The notes under the pieces were generated by a model. That model was not told the origin of the DNA. It made no database searches and saw only the letters and a program-made list of their open reading frames with translations. Positions 51,189 through 62,100 of a DNA stretch of 64,000 nt are shown here, piece by piece; positions within the stretch are counted from its first letter, which is position 1, and each line of letters opens with the position of its first letter. Where the stretch lies: contig NC_079165.1 in the NCBI RefSeq assembly GCF_947568905.1, forward strand, positions 3,720,001 to 3,784,000, written 5' to 3'. The translations under genes and the position numbers were made by a program. Source of the DNA: Ostrea edulis. Taxonomy: Eukaryota.

Positions 51189-53101
51189 TTATTGCAGTGC
51201 ATACATGTAGACATCGTACAGCCCTTTGGGAAATCCTTTCTGTTTTTCACACTTGATAATTTCGAGTCCTGACTGGAGAATCACTTTGTCCAATTCCTCA
51301 CGTGTTCTGGTGTAGCTGCTGTCTAATTCGTCAAACTCCCTCTCCTCCCCTGAAATGTTTTCTTTCAAAATGATTATCCCATTTGTGGTCAATCCTGACT
51401 GACACCGCTTTAAAAAGTTGAGCAAGTGTTCATCAGTCAGGTGTCCTAGCACCCACTGGCACCAGATTACATCGTATGTACCAGCTTTCGCAATAAAATC
51501 CTGGAGACCTGAGCAGAACAGATTGTCAACACGAGATTCTTCTTCTCCGATAAAGGACCTGGCTTCATCCAGAAATTTCTGATTGAGTTCCACCATGTCA
51601 ACAGTTTTGAAAATTGGTAAAAGCAGTCTCTTTGTGATTCTCCCTATTCCAGCTCCACAGTCTAAAGCCCGGGTCATTTCAGTTTTTCCACCTCCAACCT
51701 TCAAAAGACAGAATCTTATTATTGATGTGCTTTATTGACAAATCATTGTCAAGTTTAAAATGCCAAGAGTAAAGAGACTCCCCCCCCCCCCCCCTCCCTG
51801 CAAAATGCAGTTTTATCTTAGTTCATCGACTATGAACAGGTTGGAAACTTTTCCCCTATAGCGAGATCTTCTCACTAATACGTTATTATCCCTCTTTAGC
51901 GAGAATATATATATATATATATGACCATAAACAGCTGTTTTATTGTTTCAATTAAAAATAATGACAAATATCGTGTGGCGGTCAGCCGGGTTTGATCGCC
52001 AGTGGCCGGATAGCTCAGTTGGTAGAGCACCTGACTAGAGATTCAGGGGGCCCGGGTTCGAATCCTGGTCTGGTCCGTTGCATTTTCTCCTTTCCTGATA
52101 CATTTGGTACCGTAGACCAGCCCCTGGAACTGATAGGTGAAAATGCCTGCCAGGGGATAAAGATCCTGGGTTGATGTCTTCAGGTGAGAAGACATTTAAG
52201 GAGGGAAGAATGTAGCGGTCAGCCGGGTTTGATCGCCAGTGGCCAGATAGCTCAGTTGGTAGAGCACATGACTAGAGATTCAGGAGGCCCCGGTTCAAAT
52301 CCCAGTCTGGTCCGTTGCATTTTCTCCCTTCCTGTTACACATGCAATGCTGAATTCAGAAAAAGTGTGACACGCACTCAAGACAACATGGCATGAAATCC
52401 CTCTATAGAATTGATAACACAGTAAAGAAATTTCACATTAATTTTGAGTACTTTTGTTTTGGTTTATATATTTGCAGAAGTATTATGGACATCTTAGCAC
52501 TTTTACTTGGCGTCAGGTCGATCCGTCTCACGGTCGGTTCGTTCCAAGATGGTCTGTCCCCTGGTCGATTCGGCCCATTTTGCTTAGTCGATCCGGACCT
52601 CCAAATTTTTTTTTATTAAAGATATAATAAATTATTAGGGGTCATCCATAATTGTCAACCATTTTCCAAAGTGTGCAAAAAGCACACTTTTTGAGACCCC
52701 CCCCCCCCCCCCCCCCCCCCTCAAAAAGTGTACATCAACCATTTTCAAATTCCCAACAAGAAGATCGACAATCAAATTTATGAGCAATTTAGTTCAAACA
52801 ATGAGTTCTTTAATATTGGTACCCCTATTTCTTGTTATATATGAATGATATAATGTTTTATAAACGTGCAAATCTTGTGTACGTAATAGATTGTTTTTAT
52901 AGAAAAAAATAAAGATGTCTCTGTCGTATCTTGTCGTCTTTTCAAGATAAAAAAAAAAACGAACTCCGCGGATACGAAATAAATCCGGAAGAGAAAAAAG
53001 AGCGTACGGTAAAATTGTCGATTTTTAATCCCCCTCCCCCCGAGCGTGCTTTTTGCACACTTTGGAAAATGGTTGACAATTATGGATGACCCCTTAATTA
53101 C

Positions 53102-53155
<54 letters not shown>

Positions 53156-53343
53156 TGAAGATGGCCAAGGTCACAAGGGCAAATATCTTGGTACCAGTAG
53201 AAAGATCTTGTCAAAAGAAATGCTAATGTACAATATGAAAGCTCTAATATTTACAATTTAGAAGTTATGACCAATGTAAAAAAAAATTTAAGTAGGTCAA
53301 ATGTCAAGGTCAAAAGGTTCAATACCAACGGAAAGATCTTGTA

Positions 53344-53377
<34 letters not shown>

Positions 53378-53383
53378 TCTCTT

Positions 53384-53423
<40 letters not shown>

Positions 53424-53627
53424 GTAGGTAAAATTCCAAGGTCAATGTGTCAAAAATCTTGGTACCCACGGAAAGGTCTTGTCACAGGGAATACTCATGT
53501 GAAATATCAAAGCTCTATCTCTTACTGTTCAAAAGGTATTTGCAAGGTTAAAGTTTTCAAAAAGTAGGTCAAATTCCAAGGTCAAGGTCACGGGGTCAAA
53601 AATGTTGGTACCCACGGAAAGGTCTTG

Positions 53628-53663
<36 letters not shown>

Positions 53664-53671
53664 TCTCTTCT

Positions 53672-53737
<66 letters not shown>

Positions 53738-53957
53738 GGGGTCAAAAATGTTGGTACCCACGGAAAGGTCTTGTCACAGGGAATACTCATGTGAAATATC
53801 AAAGCTCTATCACAAACTGTTCAAAAGTTATTAGCAAAGTTAAAGTTTTCAAAACGTAGGTCAAACTCCAAGGTCAAGGGGTCAAAAATGTTGGTACCCA
53901 CGGAAAGGTCTTGTCACAGGGAATACTCATGTGAAATATCAAAGCTCTATCTCTTAT

Positions 53958-53995
<38 letters not shown>

Positions 53996-54243
53996 GTAGG
54001 TCAATCTCAAAGGTCAAGGTCACGGGGTCAAAAATGTTGGTACCCACGGAAAGGTCTTGTCACAGGGAATACTCATGTGAAATATCAAAGCTCTATCACA
54101 AACTGTTCAAAAGTTATTAGCAAAGTTAAAGTTTTCAAAACGTAGGTCAAACTCCAAGGTCAAGGGGTCAAAAATGTTGGTACCCACGGAAAGGTCTTGT
54201 CACAGGGAATACTCATGTGAAATATCAAAGCTCTATCTCTTAT

Positions 54244-54281
<38 letters not shown>

Positions 54282-54345
54282 GTAGGTCAATCTCAAAGGT
54301 CAAGGTCACGGGGTCAAAAATGTTGGTACCCACGGAAAGGTCTTG

Positions 54346-54381
<36 letters not shown>

Positions 54382-54422
54382 TCACTTACTGTTCAAAAGT
54401 TATTGGCAAGGTTAAAGTTTCA

Positions 54423-54453
<31 letters not shown>

Positions 54454-55851
54454 TGCCCCCCTGCTCTTCGATCTCGGGGGCATAAAAAGGGAAGTTTTTG
54501 CATATATATTGCTGTTAGTTATCAAAATTAAATAACTGTCGGAGTTAGGTATGTAAATACAATTGTTTGTACAACCCTTAGGCTTTATAATTTTTGTTTG
54601 AAGTGGGATGATCAGTAAAATTGGTTATGAAAATATGAGCTCATTAATTATTGTAAAAACATCGTTATTTAAGTTTGTTCAACAATCAATGTGAAAGTGT
54701 GTCCATTAATCATTGTAAAAACATCTTGGTGAAAACACTAGAGTTTTTATAACTGCATTGTTGTGCAATCTTTGATCATTAATTGAGAGCTTACAGTAAT
54801 CTTACTATTAGATTTTTATAAACTCCAGAAGTTCAAAGAATTGCTCAGAGTTTAGGAATATTTTTTTATCTTCCGAAACCAAGGATATATAAGCCAATCT
54901 TTAAAATGGCCCATCATTCTGACAATGGAGTTTCCATGCCTGTACTGTCGTCAGGAGGTCCTTCCCCGACAGCAAACATTAGAGTGTGAAAGGTGCAAAA
55001 AATATGGCAGCATCATACATGCAACAAAGGTTTACCATTTTATTCATATTTTGTTGCTTAATGGTTGTTTCATCACGAAGTATGTTATGTTAGTCTACAG
55101 TCTAGCCACAAATACCAGAGAGCATAATAAAGGATTACTACCGGATGTCAGAGGCACATACAGAGGAAATACGCAGCTGAATTAAACCAATTCAGTACTG
55201 TAACCAACACTTGGAAAAAGTTCAAAAACGTGGTAATCATTTTTCCTGGGCCGGATCGACTACGGGTCATATTAACTAGGAGACGGATAGTTTAGAGACG
55301 GATCAGTAATGGGACGGACCGTCTAGAAATCTTTTACTTCTGTTTCATGTGAAACACGGATAGATGTATACCTCGGGTCGGGTGTTTTTCTTGGTTGTAC
55401 TTGATATATTTACTCTAGCTAAAGAGGCGTAATCGCATTTTCGCAAGAATATCTTGCCTATAATCTAGGGGAAGTGTTCCCAAAAATGATGAATACTACT
55501 CAGAGAAGCAATGTGCTTGTTTAACTTAATTAAATTCATGGGATATTTTTCAGGTAAATCACTTTGACGACCATAACAATTTCTACGATATCCGGTAGGC
55601 TGTGATAAATGACTGCACGGACGTCTACTCGCAGAGTCAGAGATATATACGGACACTAGGCTAGATTTATCGTAGATTGTATCATGATGGAAGCTTACCA
55701 CCAGTAAAGGGCGGAGGAACGCGTGTGACCCATTGATATCTGTGGGTGAAATTTTGGCGAAACCTCCCAACATTCCGTCTACAGTTGGAGTAATTCCTTC
55801 CCAATATGTTTTAGCATCGCCGTAAAACTTTTCATCATCCTCGATGGACAT
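51189..55851 (-). CDS. NTMT1: N-terminal Xaa-Pro-Lys N-methyltransferase 1, 220 aa; exons 55851-55699 and 51698-51189
   Basis: FYGDAKTYWE..TVDGMLGGF..DINGS, ALDCGAGIGRITKRLL, YDVIWCQWVLGHLTD, LKEN..FDELDSS; phase-0 intron GTG|gtaagc..ttgaag|GTT. The true ATG is at 55851; the track start at 55857 is a TTG, with an in-frame stop just upstream. Confidence 0.95.
51974..52339 (+). mobile_element. Complete 366-bp TRIM with tRNA-containing LTRs (LTR1 51974-52102, interior 52103-52210, LTR2 52211-52339)
   Basis: Two 129-bp TG..CA direct repeats; PBS tttggtaccgtagacc directly after LTR1; PPT aaggagggaagaa (52198-52210) directly before LTR2; TSD not clean. Confidence 0.88.
52004..52076 (+). ncRNA. tRNA-like cloverleaf inside LTR1 (Pol III A and B boxes intact, 8-nt anticodon loop); not a canonical tRNA gene
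   Basis: Acceptor ggccgga/tctggtc, D stem gctc/gagc, anticodon stem cctga/tcagg with loop ctagagat, T stem ccggg/cctgg with loop ttcgaat. Counterpart in LTR2 at about 52241-52313. Confidence 0.7.
52638..53093. mobile_element. MITE with perfect 48-bp TIRs
   Basis: ggggtcatccataattgtcaaccattttccaaagtgtgcaaaaagcac and its exact reverse complement. Confidence 0.9.
53107..54488 (-). mobile_element. Helentron-type element carrying a 146/140-bp satellite array
   Basis: Minus-strand 5' tttttatgcccccgagatcgaag.., (gtct)n, about 8 monomers (cacggaaagg at 53467, 53613, 53759, 53899, 54045, 54185, 54331), 3' palindrome gtgtttgtgaaacac. Confidence 0.9.
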
Positions 55852-56117
55852 CTTCAAACCGGGTATGGTCGGTTATAGATAACTCGATTCTTGGTTAGTC
55901 TTGTTCAAAATGTTTACACAAATTAACTGAAACACCCATTGTTTTTGCTATCTTTTGGACTCTTGGTAACTTTTTACTTTTGCATTTGCAAGTTTTCTTT
56001 CATGTTATATTTTCAGTAGATTAACAGTTAAAGTAAATGTGTGGTCAAAGTCGAAACATTTCATGAGTAAGCTGACAAATTGTAAATCAACGAGGACGTT
56101 CGAAAAATCTCTGCAAT
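55852..56117. promoter_or_regulatory. Putative bidirectional promoter between NTMT1 and EXOSC2
   Basis: Divergent ATGs only 266 bp apart. Confidence 0.6.
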
Positions 56118-59100
56118 ATGGATATTAGAGTGAGTGCCGGTGAAGATAACAGAAAGAAACGAACACAAGTCGAAGAAATAGACAATCTTGTTTCCCCAGG
56201 AGATATCATTACTTCTGATACAGGTTTTATGCGGTACGTACACTGAACATGATGAAAACGGACTTTGAAATTGACAACTTGCACACACAACTGCACTAGG
56301 GCCTAGTCATTATTTACGCACTATTTATTTTAACTATCGTTCCTATACTCTAACTACGAGGATATTCATATCTACTGGTTAAATGAAAGTGGGTTTTGTT
56401 TTTTGTTTTGTCTAGAAACTAAAGAGATAGTTGTTTTGTGACAGGGTGCTGAAGGGTTTTCAAGAATTCTTTCATGACATGAAATCATTTAATATTTTGT
56501 GTTTAATCAACAGTGGACATGGGACCTACAATTCAGAAGATGACAGATTGCAAGCCTCGGTGGCTGGAGTAGTGGAGCGTGTCAATAAACTGATATGTGT
56601 GAAACCTCTCAAAACAAGGTAACTGTCCACTTGCATGTGAATTCTGCAAACATGGGTACATTTACATGATTTAGTGTACTGGACTCTCTAGTGTTTGGTT
56701 TAGCAGTTCAATATTATATTCTGACAAGGGCAGTAATCAAATGCCAACTATATATTTCAAATTACCCGCCACTAAGAGAGCGGCCATAAAGTTTAATTTT
56801 TGATGTCACACTGTCAGTTCCGGTTTATTTCATCAGCAACACTGTAAACATGACAAGTCACGAACACTGAGTTAAGTTTGGAACCGTATAGATTTGAGCC
56901 TGTTCTTTCACAAGAAGAAATTAAGAAAAGAAGACGTTCAGTCGAGTCGCAGACCAGGCAGACGGTACTTGTTTCTTCACACAGATGTCTCGAACCTCAA
57001 CTTGTCATTATGCAAATGATGGATCCACAGTTTACACATAGTGTTTTCTTTTCAGATGACTTGGTTGGGTCAGGAATTTTGAAAAAAAAAAAACTTCTTT
57101 TCACATCTCCCTTATGCATTAATGTAATTAACTGCTGGACAAGAAGGCATCCAGTGGACCACCTATTTACAATATATTCGTAAAATCTACCACATGCACA
57201 TCATTGATGATCTTACTAGAATCTCATCAAAACCGGAACAGAGGGTGTGACGTCAAAATCATTGATTTTTGTGGACTTGAATACAAAAGAGTTCCGCATC
57301 ATGGCAGCCTCTATAGATAGCGGGAATTTAAATTTTTAACGTTTTAAAATTAGTACTGAAGCTTATCTAGGCGGTATATCAACAGAATAGTATGACAAAT
57401 CTTTATCATATAATTAATCCTATCATTTATCATGTTAAAAATGTTTGGGTTGCCTTTTCCTTTAAAAGAGTGAAAACGTCCAGGGACATGTATGTGTGAA
57501 ATGCAGAAATGATTGATTTTCATTGTCTACTGTTCATTTTATGTTGTAAACATATAAGAGTGGAATATTATTGTGAATTATTTATAGGTACAATGGAGAG
57601 ATAGGAGACGTGGTGATAGGAAGAATCCTAGAAGTTCAGCAACGTAGGTGGAAGGTGGAAACGCACTCCAAGTTAGACTCTGCACTATTGTTGTCATCTG
57701 TCAATCTGCCAGGAGGAGAACTGGTAAGTTAATTCTGAGGTGAAGAGATCATCAGTAGAACTGGTAAGTTAATTCTGAGGTGAAGAGATCATCAGTAGAA
57801 CTGGTAAGTTAATTCTGAGGTGAAGATATCATCAGTAGAACTGGTAAGTTAATTCTGAGGTGAAGATATCATCAGTAGAACTGGTAAGTTAATTCTGAGG
57901 TGAAGAGATCATCAGTAGAACTGGTAAGTTAATTCTGAGGTGAAGATATCAGTAGAACTGATAAGTTAATTCTGAGGTGAAGAGATCATCATGATGTGAG
58001 ATTTAGGAATGACTAGTAAGGTTGATAATGGGAGATTTGGGAATGACTAGTAGGTTTGATTGATGGAAGGTTTGGGAATGACTAGTAAGGTTAATTGATG
58101 GGAGATTTGGGAATGACTAGTAAGGTTGAATGATGGAAGATTTGGGAATGACTAGTAAGGTTAATTGATGGAAGATTTGGGAATGACTAGTAAGGTTAAT
58201 TGATGGAAGATTTGGGATTGACTAGTAAGGTTGATTGATGGGAGATTTGCCAACATTGAAACTGGTAAGGCTAAGTGAGTGATGAACTGCCAGAGTTAAA
58301 AGTAACTAAAGTTAACATGGTTAAGTCATTTGAGAACTAGCTACTGGGGTTAAGCTTGGTAAGGTTAAGTTATTTAAGAACTGACAGAGTTAACTATAGT
58401 AAGAACTGCCAGGGTTAAAATGGTAATGTTTTGTCAGTATAGGAGATATGACCAGATCTTAAAAGTTTAATGAAACACTTCTAGAGTCATAACTAGTGAG
58501 ACTAAAGCTGACAATGTTACGTTAGTGGAGGAGAACATTTGAGGTTAACTTAGTGGACAAATCAATGCTAGTAAAGAAATGGAAAGGTCTGGCCAATGAA
58601 AAACAAGTTCTGAAGCTGAGTAAAGTTAAGTAATTTGTGACAATGGTAAGGTTAAGTCTATACAAATGTTAAGTTCACTCTCCAGTGATCAGCATTCCGA
58701 ATTAGTCTATTAGTCTTAGTAATTTGATTGGATTAATGAAAAAACATTCTGTGAATTCATAATACGTACTCTCGATTATTTTACTGTGCAACAACAAATA
58801 ATACATGTTTGATGATTTTAAAATGCTCCTTTAGCATATTTAGGAGCTCAGAAAAAGAAAACAATTATACATCACGGCATTGCAACACTTGATTTGTTTT
58901 GTAACACTAGATTTGTTTTGTGTAACACTAGATTTGTTTTGTGTAACACTTGATTTGTTTTGTAACACAAGATTTGTTTTGTGTAACACTTGTCATTGAT
59001 TTGTTTTGTGTAACACTAGATTTGTTTTGTAACACTAGATTTGTTGTGTAACACTTGATTTGTTTTGTGTAACACTTGATTTGTTTTGTAACACTAGATT

Positions 59101-62100
59101 TGTTTTGTAACACAAGATTTGTTTTGTGTAACACTTGTCATTGATTTGTTTTGTGTAACACTTGATTTGTTTTGTAACACTAGATTTGTTGTGTAACACT
59201 TGATTTGTTTTGTGTAACATTTGATTCATTTTGTAACACTTGATTTGTTTTGTGTAACACTTGATTTGTTTTGTAACACAAGATTTGTTTTGTGTAACAC
59301 TTGTCATTGATTTGTTTTGTGTAACACTTGATTTGTTTTGTAACACTAGATTTGTTGTGTAACACTTGATTTGTTTTGTGTAACATTTGATTCATTTTGT
59401 AACACTTGATTTGTTTTGTGTAACACTTGATTTGTTTTGTAACACTAGATTTGTTTTGTAACACTAGATTTGTTTTGTGTAACACTTGTCAATGATTTGT
59501 TTTGTGTAACACTTGATTTGTTTTGTAACACTAGATTTGTTTTGTAACACTAGATTTGTTTTGTAACACTTGATTTGTTTTGTGTAACACTTGATTTGTT
59601 TTGTAACACAAGATTTGTTTTGTGTAACACTTGTCATTGATTTGTTTTGTGTAACACTAGATTTGTTTTGTAACACTAGATTTGTTGTGTAACACTTGAT
59701 TTGTTTTGTGTAACACTTGATTTGTTTTGTAACACTAGATTTGTTTTGTAACACAAGATTTGTTTTGTGTAACACTTGTCATTGATTTGTTTTGTGTAAC
59801 ACTTGATTTGTTTTGTAACACTAGATTTGTTGTGTAACACTTGATTTGTTTTGTGTAACATTTGATTCATTTTGTAACACTTGATTTGTTTTGTGTAACA
59901 CTTGATTTGTTTTGTAACACTAGATTTGTTTTGTAACACTAGATTTGTTTTGTGTAACACTTGTCAATGATTTGTTTTGTGTAACACTTGATTTGTTTTG
60001 TAACACTAGATTTGTTTTGTAACACTAGATTTGTTTTGTAACACTTGATTTGTTTTGTGTAACACTTGATTTGTTTTGTGTAACATTTGATTCGTTTTGT
60101 AACACTAGATTTGTTTTGTGTAACACTTGATTTGTTTTCTGTAACACTTGATTCGTTTTGTGTAACACTTGATTTGTTTTGTGTAACATTTGATTCGTTT
60201 TGTAACACTAGATTTGTTTTGTAACACTTGATTTGTTTTGTGTAACACTTGATTTGTTTTGTGTAACATTTGATTCGTTTTGTAACACTTGATTCGTTTT
60301 GTGTAACACTTGATTTGTTTTGTAACACTAGATTTCTTTTGACAGAGAAGACGATCGGAGGAGGATGAGAAAATGATGAGGCAGTACCTCCAGGAAGGGG
60401 ACCTAATCAGCGTATCCTTCTGTTGTCTAAGTTTATGTTAGCGTTGAATTTTGTAAATTTGTCAGTATATCCTTCTGTTGTCTTAAAGTTTATGTTAGCA
60501 CTGAATTTTGAGAATTTGTCAAAAGTATCTCCCTACCAAGCAATTTCCTTGAATGGTACTCTGTGCATGAAAATCATTACTGATTTTGTCATCTGGCACG
60601 AAAACTAATGAATTTTGGGATTTAATGAAAAAAAAACTGGAAAAGAACACAAGAAAATGCAATTTTATTTCGAGAGCTGTGTTGATACAATATGACCCAA
60701 AAATTTAGCTTTTACATATTCAGCGATGGAATATAGTGCTTACTAACATGTGCTTACAACATTCATGAGCATTTGTTTCTCTCAAATAAATGTATAGATT
60801 ATAAAGTGTACAGCGAACTTTTCACCAACATTTAATTTTTGCCCTATTTGCTCCTATTCTAAATGAGTGAATTTAGAAATACACAAATTGAAAGTTTACT
60901 GACTACCAGTAAAACCACTACTAGCAATAAAAATGGCTCTTGTTGAATTGAAAGTGGAATGAATCATGTTTCAAAGCATCTTAGTGACATTGACGTGGTT
61001 CAAAACTTCCCCTTGAACAGTATATGTTGGCTCATTTGCAAATATTTGAATTTCCAATTTTGCCTTAGATGTTTTACCTATTGAAATGATTGCCATTTCT
61101 TCAAGAATGTGAAAAATGTGCATATGAATCTTGATAAATATTGCACCACTATTTCAACACTTTTGAAAATACACGAGGGTGTGAACAGTAACACTTTACA
61201 CCGGCATACTTTTCATGAAGTGCTAACGTGCTTCACAAAGTATGGAGGCGTAAAGTGTCGTGCCCTCATGCATTTTCAAAAATGACATTTATTTACTAAA
61301 TACTATTCATCGTGAATGCTTCCCTATTGGCGATTCACTAATGCTGGTTTACTATATTTTGGTATATCTGTAGCCTTCTTTCAGTATAGAGAGGGCAGAT
61401 GTTTTATATTTAAACAGGACTTTCCTTGACACGTTTTCAGGCTGAAGTTCAGTCTGTGTTTTCAGACGGCTCGTTATCGCTGCACACCAGGAGTCTAAAG
61501 TATGGAAAGGTAGGTCAATAACAAACACATCAAAACAGTAATAACCATTGTAACTAGACCCCAATCCCGGTTAGAATAGGTTCTCAGTATCCCTTGCTTG
61601 TCGTAAGAGGCGACTAAATGGGGAGGTCCTTCGGATGAGACCGCAAAAACCAATGTCCCGTTTTTAATTTTTAATTTCTTCTTGATAACTACCATTCAAA
61701 TTTGGTACGAAGCATCTTTGGGACAAGGGGGACATAATTGTAAATTTCAGGTCTCCTGCACCTCTGGGGCCTTAGGGGCAGGGCAAAAATTGACCAATTA
61801 AAAAAAAAATATTCTCTAGGACCTCACATGTGTAAGAAAAACTAAATGCATCATGATGTAGACCAGGGAATTTCATGATCCCCCCAGGGTGGGGCCAAAC
61901 TTGGTATATAGTCTTTATGTGTAAAACACTTAGATAACATATTCTTCAGTGCTATTGATACTAAATGGATATTTAAAAAGAACAGGTAGTCCTTTACCAA
62001 AATTGTAAATTTGATGATCCCAGGGGTAGGGGTTGTAGTATCAGGGTGGGGCCAAAATGGTCAGGTAATAAATGTGTGAACAATGGAACTTTTTTAACTT

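Larger units (their letters stand above)
52509..55330. mobile_element. Mutator-like (MULE) non-autonomous element with 8-9-bp TSD
   Basis: cttttactt at 52500-52508 and 55331-55339; weak TIR with subterminal gatccgtc/gacggatc repeats; remnant CLYCRQEVLPRQQTLECERC (PHD-like) at 54925. Confidence 0.6.
51835..55483 (-). mobile_element. Family-A MITE (paralog of 39526-39987) expanded to 3.6 kb by nested insertions
   Basis: Segments 51835-51973, 52340-52508 and 55331-55483 align collinearly with the reverse complement of 39526-39987. Confidence 0.75.

Noticed and set aside
52120-52160. ctgatag-gt-gaaa in the TRIM interior as a hammerhead ribozyme
   Set aside because: The core deviates from CUGANGA, there is no stem II or cleavage-site helix, and a simple hairpin explains the pairing.
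52004-52313. Bona fide tRNA genes (Ser-AGA-like)
   Set aside because: 8-nt anticodon loop, no long variable arm as expected for Ser, no downstream oligo-T terminator, and they are embedded in LTRs; the same applies to the heads at 9525, 31825, 49050, 50650 and 50850.
53190-54420. Identification of the array as the 166-bp Cg170 satellite
   Set aside because: Measured period is 146/140 bp; family assignment needs a database search.
58928-60328. Lys/Gln/Thr-rich minus-strand ORFs
   Set aside because: Translations of the 19/21-bp satellite.
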